Below the pieces are notes generated by a model that was given only the letters and a program-made list of their open reading frames with translations, had not been told where the DNA came from and did not search any database. The position numbers and the translations under genes were made by a program. From a virus, in UHGV virus genome UHGV-0147372: DNA of 26,706 bases. One strand, 5' to 3'. How positions within the stretch are numbered: position 1 is the first letter of the stretch; every line of letters starts with the position of its first letter. Positions 8,965 to 16,329 of this stretch are shown piece by piece.

Positions 8965-9798
8965 TCAGCAATTGGTCAGAGTGTCAGCGGGGGCGTTACC
9001 GCCTGTTGCACGCTGGCGGTAGTCCTGGCGGCTGTCTTCTTGGCTCAGCTTGTCCACCAGTTCGTTAAAGGCGGTCTGCTGTGCCTGCAGGGCAGTCTCC
9101 AGCTCAGACAGGCGTTCTTCCTGCTCAGACAGGGATTTTTCGGTGCGCGCACTCAGGTTCTGCTGCTCAGTGGCGACCAGTTCCACGGCCTTATGCACAT
9201 CAGAGAACCGGGCGTCATCGGACTGCTCTTTTTTGGTGAACAGCGCCGTGACACGGGCAAACAGGGACGGTTTGTCATCCTGGATTTCTTCCAGTTCGAT
9301 CACCGTTTCCTCTGCAGCGGTAAAAAGATTGGCGGGATTCTGCTTGCGGTTTGCCAGCGGGTTATGGGCTGCACTGGCGCTGAATGTCAGCATTTCAGTG
9401 CCCAGACTGGCAGGGTCATCAGTGGCAGCCAGGCCGACCAGGTAGGCTTTGCCCGTATCAGCAAACTTCGGGCTGACTTCCATAGAGGTGAATAATTTCT
9501 GGCCTTTTTTCACCAGTTCCACCAGTGATTCCGTTGGCTCAACGTCGGCATACAGCGCCATCTTGCCTGCCAGCGGACCTTCCGTGATTTCTTCAGCAAA
9601 CAGCGCCGTCACCTTGCCGTAGCGGTTAAAGGTGCTGTCCGGCAGATAAGACTTGATGTGCTCAAGGTTAATCAGCGCGGTGTACATCGTCGGGTTGTAG
9701 CTGGCTGCCATCTGTTCCAGCCATTCACGCTGGATTTCGCGTCCGTCGGTGGTGGCACCTTCCACCCCGATGCGAAAACGCTTTGCTTTCACTGTCAT
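8965..9798 (-). CDS. O: Capsid scaffolding protein gpO
   Basis: 277 aa; P2 O size and position; acidic coiled-coil C-terminus. Confidence 0.88.
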   Translation of the reverse strand: MTVKAKRFRIGVEGATTDGREIQREWLEQMAASYNPTMYTALINLEHIKSYLPDSTFNRYGKVTALFAEEITEGPLAGKMALYADVEPTESLVELVKKGQKLFTSMEVSPKFADTGKAYLVGLAATDDPASLGTEMLTFSASAAHNPLANRKQNPANLFTAAEETVIELEEIQDDKPSLFARVTALFTKKEQSDDARFSDVHKAVELVATEQQNLSARTEKSLSEQEERLSELETALQAQQTAFNELVDKLSQEDSRQDYRQRATGGNAPADTLTNC

Positions 9799-9876
9799 GA
9801 GCTGTGCTCCGTTAGAAAAAACTTACTGGAGCCTTATGGTTGCGGTGATGGGGGCAGTGAAACAATGCGCGGTATT

Positions 9877-9894
9877 TGTACCGACAACCACACA
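9877..9894. promoter_or_regulatory. TGT-N12-ACA dyad (TTTGT-N12-ACAAA) in the divergent O/P intergenic region; candidate late activator site
   Basis: tgtaccgacaaccacaca read directly; dyad centre is about 87 bp upstream of the O start, consistent with a -55 site and a roughly 30 nt leader. Confidence 0.4.
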
Positions 9895-9940
9895 AACCGC
9901 AGGCGGGGAAAGCCTTCATTCAAGGTTGTAGGTTTGTGCC

Positions 9941-11707
9941 ATGAACACCACACTGACACCCGCAGATCTCGATCCCCGTCGGCAGGCCATGCTGCTGTAC
10001 TTTCAGGGATACCGCGTAGCCCGCATTGCTGAAATGCTGGGCGAGAAAGTTGCAACCGTTCACAGCTGGAAAAAACGCGACAAGTGGGGTGACTATGGGC
10101 CGCTGGATCAGATGCAGCTCACCACCGCCGCACGCTATTGCCAGCTCATTATGAAGGAGCACAAAGAAGGGAAAGATTTCAAAGAAATTGACCTGCTGGC
10201 ACGCCAGTCGGAGCGCCACGCGCGGATCGGCAAGTTTAACAATGGCGGCAACGAAGCCGACTTAAACCCTAACGTCGCCAACCGCAACAAAGGGCCGCGC
10301 CGTCAGCCGGAAAAGAATGTTTTCACCGATGAACAGATTGAGAAGCTGGAAGAAATCTTCCATTCCTCCATGTTCAACTACCAGCGCCACTGGTGGGAAG
10401 CTGGAAAAACCAACCGCATCCGTAATCTGCTGAAGTCACGCCAGATCGGCGCGACCTTTTACTTTGCCCGTGAAGCCCTGATTGACGCCCTGCTTACCGG
10501 ACGTAACCAGATTTTCCTTTCTGCCAGTAAGGCACAGGCTCACGTCTTTAAGCAATACATCATCGACTTCGCCAAAGAAGTCGAGGTGGAGCTGAAAGGC
10601 GATCCGATGGTGCTTCCTAACGGGGCCACGCTTTACTTCCTCGGCACCAATGCCCGCACTGCCCAGAGTTATCACGGCAACCTGTATCTGGATGAATATT
10701 TCTGGATACCGAAATTCCAGGAGCTGCGCAAAGTGGCTTCCGGTATGGCTATTCACAAAAAATGGCGACAAACCTATTTTTCCACGCCATCCAGCCTGAC
10801 CCACAGTGCTTATCCGTTCTGGTCCGGTGCGCTGTTCAACCGTGGACGCAACAAAGCTGACAAGGTGGACATCGACCTGTCCCACATCAATCTGGCCCCC
10901 GGCCTGCTGTGCGCAGACGGGCAATACCGCCAGATAGTCACCGTGGAAGATGCGGTGCGCGGCGGCTGTAACCTGTTCGACCTCGACCAGCTGCGCATGG
11001 AGTACAGCCCGGACGAATACCAGAACCTGCTGATGTGCGAGTTTGTGGACGATCTCGCGTCCGTGTTCCCGCTCAGCGAACTGCAGGCGTGCATGGTGGA
11101 CAGTTGGGAAGTCTGGACCGACTTTCATGCACTGGCCCTGCGCCCGTTTGGCTGGCGCGAGGTGTGGATCGGTTATGACCCAGCAAAAGGTACGCAGAAC
11201 GGTGACAGTGCCGGGTGCGTGGTGGTGGCTCCGCCAGCTGTGCCGGGCGGTAAGTTCCGTATTCTTGAGCGTCACCAGTGGCGCGGGATGGACTTCCGCA
11301 CCCAGGCGGACGCCATCAAAAAACTGACCGAACAGTACAACGTGACATACATCGGCATCGACTCAACCGGCGTTGGTCACGGGGTTTACGAGAACGTGAA
11401 AGCGTTCTTTCCTGCCGTCCGGGAGTTTGTCTACAACCCCAACGTTAAAAACGCCCTGGTACTCAAGGCCTACGACATTATCAGCCACCGCCGTCTGGAG
11501 TTTGACGCCGGGCACACCGACATTGCGCAGTCATTCATGGCGATCCGTCGCGCCACCACCGCCAGCGGCAACCGCCCGACCTATGAAGCCAGCCGCAGCG
11601 AAGAAGCCAGCCATGCCGATCTGGCCTGGGCAACAATGCACGCACTGTTTAACGAACCGCTGCAGGGCGAGTCCGCCAATACCAGCAATATTGTGGAGAT
11701 TTTTTGA
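9941..11707 (+). CDS. P: Terminase large (ATPase) subunit gpP
   Basis: 588 aa; P2 P size, position and similarity. Confidence 0.9.
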   Translation: MNTTLTPADLDPRRQAMLLYFQGYRVARIAEMLGEKVATVHSWKKRDKWGDYGPLDQMQLTTAARYCQLIMKEHKEGKDFKEIDLLARQSERHARIGKFNNGGNEADLNPNVANRNKGPRRQPEKNVFTDEQIEKLEEIFHSSMFNYQRHWWEAGKTNRIRNLLKSRQIGATFYFAREALIDALLTGRNQIFLSASKAQAHVFKQYIIDFAKEVEVELKGDPMVLPNGATLYFLGTNARTAQSYHGNLYLDEYFWIPKFQELRKVASGMAIHKKWRQTYFSTPSSLTHSAYPFWSGALFNRGRNKADKVDIDLSHINLAPGLLCADGQYRQIVTVEDAVRGGCNLFDLDQLRMEYSPDEYQNLLMCEFVDDLASVFPLSELQACMVDSWEVWTDFHALALRPFGWREVWIGYDPAKGTQNGDSAGCVVVAPPAVPGGKFRILERHQWRGMDFRTQADAIKKLTEQYNVTYIGIDSTGVGHGVYENVKAFFPAVREFVYNPNVKNALVLKAYDIISHRRLEFDAGHTDIAQSFMAIRRATTASGNRPTYEASRSEEASHADLAWATMHALFNEPLQGESANTSNIVEIF

Positions 11708-12738
11708 TGGGAAAGAGTAAGAAAAACCGCGCAGCGGCGATGAATCAGATCCAGCATAAAAACCAGACTTCAGCCGAAGCATTCAGCTTCGGCGATCCCG
11801 TTCCGGTTCTGGACCGCCGTGAACTGCTGGACTATGTGGAATGCGTACAGACAGATCGCTGGTATGAGCCGCCAGTGAGTTTTGACGGACTGGCACGAAC
11901 ATTCCGCGCCGCCGTACACCACAGTTCACCGATTGCAGTGAAATGCAACATTCTGACCAGCACCTACATCCCTCACCCGCTGCTCAGCCAGCAGGCTTTT
12001 TCACGTTTTGTGCAGGACTATCTGGTATTTGGTAACGCCTACCTGGAGAAACGCACGAACCGCTTCGGTGAAGTTATCGCCCTTGAGCCTGCTCTGGCAA
12101 AATACACCCGACGCGGGTTAGACCTGGATACCTACTGGTTTGTGCAATACGGTATGACAACCCAGCCGTATCAGTTCACGAAAGGCAGCATTTTTCATCT
12201 GATGGAACCTGACATCAACCAGGAGATCTACGGCCTACCAGGTTATCTTTCTGCCATTCCGTCAGCCCTGCTCAACGAGTCCGCCACGCTGTTCCGCCGG
12301 AAGTATTACATTAACGGCAGCCATGCAGGCTTCATCATGTACATGACCGATGCCGCGCAGAACCAGGAGGATGTGAACAACCTCCGCAATGCGATGAAAA
12401 GCGCCAAAGGCCCTGGCAACTTCCGCAACCTGTTTATGTACTCGCCTAACGGCAAAAAGGACGGGCTTCAGATCATCCCGTTGTCAGAAGTCGCGGCGAA
12501 GGATGAATTTCTGAACATCAAGAACGTCAGCCGTGATGACATGATGGCGGCGCACCGTGTACCGCCACAAATGATGGGTATTATGCCGAATAATGTTGGG
12601 GGGTTTGGGGATGTGGAGAAGGCAAGTAATGTATTTGTTCGTAACGAACTTATCCCCTTACAAAAACGTATAGAACAATTAAATCAATGGATAGGAAACA
12701 CAATTATTAATTTTTTACCATATTCTCTCCAAAGTTAA
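11704..12738 (+). CDS. Q: Portal protein gpQ
   Basis: 344 aa; P2 Q size and position; ATGA-type overlap with P. Confidence 0.9.
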   Translation: MMGKSKKNRAAAMNQIQHKNQTSAEAFSFGDPVPVLDRRELLDYVECVQTDRWYEPPVSFDGLARTFRAAVHHSSPIAVKCNILTSTYIPHPLLSQQAFSRFVQDYLVFGNAYLEKRTNRFGEVIALEPALAKYTRRGLDLDTYWFVQYGMTTQPYQFTKGSIFHLMEPDINQEIYGLPGYLSAIPSALLNESATLFRRKYYINGSHAGFIMYMTDAAQNQEDVNNLRNAMKSAKGPGNFRNLFMYSPNGKKDGLQIIPLSEVAAKDEFLNIKNVSRDDMMAAHRVPPQMMGIMPNNVGGFGDVEKASNVFVRNELIPLQKRIEQLNQWIGNTIINFLPYSLQS

Positions 12739-12750
12739 AAAATAGCATAT

Positions 12751-12773
12751 GGGTGCATAATGTTTATGCACCC
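12751..12773. terminator. Hairpin (GGGTGCATAA-tgt-TTATGCACCC) between convergent Q and the TIR-like gene; candidate bidirectional terminator
   Basis: Perfect 10 bp inverted repeat with a 3 nt loop read directly; flanked by A/T-rich sequence. Confidence 0.4.
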
Positions 12774-12778
12774 TCTTA

Positions 12779-13396
12779 TTACCAGTTAAAAATTGATGAG
12801 CTGCGAATTGCAGGAACATCCGATGGATTTCGTTTAGCAGCTGGTTCCATCAACTTACGCTTGTTAAATGCCTGATCAATATAATACTCAGGATTTTTAA
12901 TAAAGACAGAGTATTTTACCAATGCACAATATACGTCAGAGTCATTATAATGGGGAACTGTTTTTTCATAAACATGATTCTTTCTAACCAGATAAGGCAA
13001 ATAATAATCATATCCCCAACCTGGCGTTCTTAGACTTATAGAACATCCGCATGATGGATCTGCACATACTGCAGGAGTAAACACACTGTCGTAAATTTCA
13101 TCTCTGATAACACCAATTAGACCATTATAGTTTTCTCCCCAGAGTGATGCTTGAATTTCAGAGTTTATAAATGGACGATTTTTGGTTTCCGTTCCAATAA
13201 GAACGACAGTAACCGTTGAGTCTTTTAAAAAATCCTCACGAATAGTCCTCATTATTGTTTCATCAGTGTTAGTTGTACTAATGTCACCATCACTTACCGA
13301 CTTATCAATAAACGATTCTCCTCCGAATAAATCAATAATCTCATCTTTGAGATCTTGTTCGTTAGCATGATGATAACTAAGAAACGTCTTATGCAT
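12779..13396 (-). CDS. TIR-like (ThsB/DUF1863-like) protein, candidate NAD-processing signalling enzyme
   Basis: 205 aa; N-terminus KTFLSYHHANEQD resembles the TIR beta-A strand (FISYxHxD); block TVTVVLIGTETKNRPFINSEI resembles the ThsB/TIR beta-C/alpha-C region with the catalytic Glu; AT-rich; identification from memory of motifs, not a search. Confidence 0.5.
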   Translation of the reverse strand: MHKTFLSYHHANEQDLKDEIIDLFGGESFIDKSVSDGDISTTNTDETIMRTIREDFLKDSTVTVVLIGTETKNRPFINSEIQASLWGENYNGLIGVIRDEIYDSVFTPAVCADPSCGCSISLRTPGWGYDYYLPYLVRKNHVYEKTVPHYNDSDVYCALVKYSVFIKNPEYYIDQAFNKRKLMEPAAKRNPSDVPAIRSSSIFNW

Positions 13397-14127
13397 TATT
13401 CACTCCATTTATCAACATTTATATCAAACTCTTTGACTACCTTATCATTGAAGAAATCGTTTACTTCTTTAAAACCTTCCAATACTTGACTAAAATGATA
13501 ATAATGCTTTTGTATAGTACTTATAGGGGTTAAATGATACGGCAGTGATATAAATTCGCCGTTAGGGTCTCTATCCTTTGTGGTCACTTTATCATTATCT
13601 GAAACATATTTATGCCATCTCCGATAATTATTTTGATGCTTTGTTAAAAAAGAGTTTAACGTTTTCAAAATTTCATTTGAAAGTAAATACAGTTTTTTAT
13701 CTCTTTTTTTCTTCACATCTAGTAATTTCATTTCATCTCTAATGAATTTATAGCACTCATAATATGAGTTTAAAACTTCTTCAATTGAGTCATAATTCGG
13801 ATCAAATTTAAATAATGTTCGCTTCGTATCCAGATAATTTTTTACGCTCTTTTTAAAAAGAAGATCAGACTTATTTAGTAAAATATTAATACCACCAAAA
13901 CTAAGTTGCTCCAATCTCAATGAATATCTTTGATGAAATGCACCGACCAGCAAGATATAAGCAACTAAAAATAGTATTAATACTGATAGAAAAGCACGAA
14001 TTATGCTTACATTTGACATGAAATTAACTATAAACCACCATTTTTCAAACGGTGAAAACGGAATGCACCCCATGATAATAAGTAGAAGAACAAAGATACA
14101 ACCCCATAAAACCCACAATCTGTACAT
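13396..14127 (-). CDS. Hypothetical membrane protein (2-3 N-terminal TM helices plus a roughly 170 aa Lys/Tyr-rich soluble domain); candidate effector
   Basis: ORF track begins at a TTG at 14172 that lies inside the predicted promoter; ATG at 14127 (MYRLWVLWG...) with AAGGA upstream is preferred; stop overlaps the TIR-like start by 1 nt. Confidence 0.6.
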   Translation of the reverse strand: MYRLWVLWGCIFVLLLIIMGCIPFSPFEKWWFIVNFMSNVSIIRAFLSVLILFLVAYILLVGAFHQRYSLRLEQLSFGGINILLNKSDLLFKKSVKNYLDTKRTLFKFDPNYDSIEEVLNSYYECYKFIRDEMKLLDVKKKRDKKLYLLSNEILKTLNSFLTKHQNNYRRWHKYVSDNDKVTTKDRDPNGEFISLPYHLTPISTIQKHYYHFSQVLEGFKEVNDFFNDKVVKEFDINVDKWSE

Positions 14128-14149
14128 AAGAAAGATCCTTTTTCTTTTT

Positions 14150-14177
14150 ATAATACTGCAACTACACCTCAAGTCAA
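14150..14177 (-). promoter_or_regulatory. Candidate sigma70 promoter for the membrane-protein/TIR-like operon
   Basis: Minus-strand TTGACT (14177..14172), 16 bp spacer, TATTAT (14155..14150); about 25-45 bp upstream of the ATG at 14127. Confidence 0.35.
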
Positions 14178-14279
14178 AACCCTCTTCTGATATTACCCTC
14201 TACTACAGTAACCCATCACATGACCTCCGACTTATCAGAAGACTAGCCAAACTTTCTCAATCAAATCAGGTTGCGCGCG

Positions 14280-14298
14280 CTCGTATCCCCGCCACGCC
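14280..14298 (-). other. Candidate cos cohesive-end sequence (GGCGTGGCGGGGATACGAG on the minus strand)
   Basis: 14 of 19 positions, and 12 of the first 13, match the P2 cohesive end GGCGAGGCGGGGAAAGCAC as recalled; orientation relative to Q matches P2; a GC-rich island in AT-rich surroundings; adjacent hairpin CCCGCCA-attc-TGGCGGG at 14349..14366. Confidence 0.4.
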
Positions 14299-14415
14299 TG
14301 CCCGCTTTATGTAGTAGTTTTCATGCAGGTGCATGATCTACGCGAAAGCCCGCCAATTCTGGCGGGCCCTAGCAAAAACGATCCTCAAACGATCATGCGA
14401 TCTCATGCAGCATAG

Positions 14416-15258
14416 TCATGCACGATCATTTGACTCAGCATCTGCTGCACGCTTGCTGCGCGAAGATGCACTTTTACTATCAATCTTTCGACAGTTCTTT
14501 CTATCCCTGGCTTCATTTTCTTTAAATTTGTTATATGTCTCAGTATCAAAAAACGAAATTGTTTCAACCTCATCTTTTGGTATGAGCACACGGAAATCTT
14601 CGATATTAAGCCGAGACATTCCACTTATCACACCACTATCAAGATAATGTTGGTGATAGTTAGTCGTGATACTAATCGTTAGATCATCTTTATCCCGATA
14701 TCCGCTTAACATCGGGAGAAGTTCAAGGTGCTCTGAAAGCCCGTTTTCTAACGCCGGACAAGTAACAAGACCAACATAGATTTTGCGAGACGACAGAGTT
14801 GCTATGATCGGAAACTGTCTTGCGGACGCTTCCATGAGTAATGATTCGAAAGCGTTATTACCCACAGCTTTAGCTAAGGCATCCCAGCGACGATCTCCAC
14901 GTGATGTGCGTAACTTATTTCCAAAACCTGAAATCGCAGCGAGGACAATTGAAATCATAACCCATGCTATCTGTTTGATTTCATTTATTCTTTGAAGTTT
15001 GTCTTTCGATGAAGACAACATGCCATTAAAACTGTCAGGTGTTAGATTCAAGGCATTAGCCAGCCAACGAAACCCTCCGCTGACGTTCAAAATAAAGGTG
15101 AAAAAACCGCCAAGGAGAAAAAAAACGATACCCCAGGCAGCCACAAAAAAATAAGCGTCCCAGCCGTTGGAACGCTTATATCGGTATCTTGTTGAAAGTG
15201 ATAGGTTTACATAAATAAAACCACTAACCAAAATCACTGCTAAAAGTAATGTTGCCAT
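14416..15258 (-). CDS. Hypothetical membrane protein (three predicted N-terminal TM helices plus soluble C-terminal domain)
   Basis: 280 aa ORF; hydrophobic segments at about aa 3-20, 35-56 and 100-118; start overlaps the stop of the upstream 71 aa gene by 1 nt. Confidence 0.6.
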   Translation of the reverse strand: MATLLLAVILVSGFIYVNLSLSTRYRYKRSNGWDAYFFVAAWGIVFFLLGGFFTFILNVSGGFRWLANALNLTPDSFNGMLSSSKDKLQRINEIKQIAWVMISIVLAAISGFGNKLRTSRGDRRWDALAKAVGNNAFESLLMEASARQFPIIATLSSRKIYVGLVTCPALENGLSEHLELLPMLSGYRDKDDLTISITTNYHQHYLDSGVISGMSRLNIEDFRVLIPKDEVETISFFDTETYNKFKENEARDRKNCRKIDSKSASSRSKRAADAESNDRA

Positions 15259-15473
15259 TATCTGGTTCTATTAGTTTTCTCTTTTACAGTGCTCGTTTTG
15301 ATGCCTTCAAGCTTATCCATCTGTGCCTTGATGGCATCCATTGCTCTTTTGTTAGACAAGTCTACGGACACAAAACCATCTTTACTAAGATTGAGTTTGT
15401 CCTGGTTCTCTTTAAGAACCCTTGCCAGACGTTCAACTGGGTTACCCAGGCTAAATGCGGCGATGCTTGACAT
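15258..15473 (-). CDS. Hypothetical small protein (71 aa), first gene of a two-gene accessory operon
   Basis: ATG at 15473 preceded by a strong SD (GGGGGAG) 3-4 nt upstream; translationally coupled to the 280 aa membrane protein. Confidence 0.55.
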   Translation of the reverse strand: MSSIAAFSLGNPVERLARVLKENQDKLNLSKDGFVSVDLSNKRAMDAIKAQMDKLEGIKTSTVKEKTNRTR

Positions 15474-15743
15474 AACTCCCCCTTTTCACATGGCGCGGAA
15501 GTCTACACTCCGACGCCTACAACCTCAACAGATTATCTTTAAAATTTAGACAACAATATCATCTGTTGATTGCGTTACTTAAACTTAAGTTCAATGCGCT
15601 CGATCATGCAAGCTGTTTCTTAAGAACTGTTAATTTCCTGGCATATATAGTGGTTAAGGTAACAAATTGACACTAACGCCTCGCATAGCTCGTTGTTCAA
15701 CCTTGCTGACGCCAGAAGCAAGTTCAGACGCCAGCAACGTTTC

Positions 15744-15977
15744 TTAATGCAGCCAGCTGTCGTCTTCCCACACCTTCTGCATAATTTTCATCACTTGTTT
15801 TCTTTCTTCGTCCAGTTGCAATCCGGTCAGTTCCACACCGTTAGAGCTACCTTTGCGGATACGAATTACCGTTTTGGGATACAGAGGACGCAGATTGCGG
15901 TAAAGCTCGGATTCAAGGGCGTCCAGGGTAGACTGGCTAATCTTCTGCTCTTTATCGATCATTATTTCAATGCGCAT
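15744..15977 (-). CDS. DinI-like protein (186 Tum C-terminal-domain-like; candidate SOS-induced antirepressor or RecA modulator)
   Basis: 77 aa MRIEIMIDKEQKISQSTLDALESEL...QKVWEDDSWL aligns with E. coli DinI (MRIEVTIAK...LPAGAIDALAGEL...ETWESADDWF) as recalled; downstream of a LexA box. Confidence 0.75.
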   Translation of the reverse strand: MRIEIMIDKEQKISQSTLDALESELYRNLRPLYPKTVIRIRKGSSNGVELTGLQLDEERKQVMKIMQKVWEDDSWLH

Positions 15978-15988
15978 AAAAAGTCACC

Positions 15989-16177
15989 TCAACTGATGAC
16001 ATCCATTGAGCGGTTGTATTCGTGTGTTCTGATTTTTGCCATGAGTTCATCTGTTAGTTCAGAAACCCACTGCAAAGCCAGCCCCTTCTCTTCATCACTA
16101 CACTCACTAGCCGCTACAAGCTTAAGAAAAAAATCAATGCGCTGGAGCTTCAAAGACTCCAAAAAATAGTCCTGCAT
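15989..16177 (-). CDS. Hypothetical protein (62 aa), first gene of the LexA-boxed operon
   Basis: ATG at 16177 with AGGAGG 4-5 nt upstream; 11 nt gap and different frame from the DinI-like gene, which has its own GGTGA SD. Confidence 0.5.
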   Translation of the reverse strand: MQDYFLESLKLQRIDFFLKLVAASECSDEEKGLALQWVSELTDELMAKIRTHEYNRSMDVIS

Positions 16178-16201
16178 CTTTCCTCCTATGACACCAAAGC
16201 A

Positions 16202-16237
16202 ATACTGTAAATATAACCACTGTTTATATTTACAGTA
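16202..16237. promoter_or_regulatory. LexA operator: canonical SOS box CTGTTTATATTTACAG (16220..16235) within a longer dyad, overlapping a second half-matching box CTGTAAATATAACCAC
   Basis: CTGT-N8-ACAG read directly; inverted repeat ATACTGTAAATATA / TATATTTACAGTAT flanking it; sits 43-60 bp upstream of the 62 aa gene start, overlapping likely -10 elements. Confidence 0.65.
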
Positions 16238-16250
16238 TATAATAATCTTA

Positions 16251-16281
16251 CTGATGTAAAACGTTTTTTTACGTTCATCAG
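16251..16281 (-). terminator. Candidate hairpin terminator after gene A (CTGATG...CATCAG around an AAAACGTTTT core)
   Basis: Inverted repeat read directly, located between the A stop and the LexA box; stem imperfect, so weak. Confidence 0.25.
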
Positions 16282-16329
16282 CCTGATATGCCTGGTATTA
16301 TTAAGAGCACGAATTGTTAACCCGCGTAA

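Noticed and set aside
10436-11275. 279 aa minus-strand ORF inside terminase gene P
   Set aside because: Antisense to a gene with strong family similarity; no RBS or motif support
12600-12738. Apparent drop in GC in the last 100 bp or so of portal gene Q, possibly indicating a replaced C-terminus
   Set aside because: The ORF length (344 aa) equals P2 Q, so the gene appears full length; composition change alone is not evidence of truncation
13396-14172. Macro, SIR2 or SLOG domain in the membrane protein paired with the TIR-like gene (canonical Thoeris ThsA)
   Set aside because: No GGGV-type Macro signature or SIR2 motifs visible in the soluble domain, so I did not call it ThsA; left as an unrecognised effector domain
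14333-14647. 104 aa plus-strand ORF starting near the candidate cos region
   Set aside because: Overlaps the 3' end of the better-supported 280 aa membrane protein gene on the opposite strand; no RBS
15693-16169. 158 aa plus-strand ORF spanning the DinI-like operon
   Set aside because: Antisense to two ORFs that have proper RBS and a LexA box; the DinI-like translation is convincing on the minus strand
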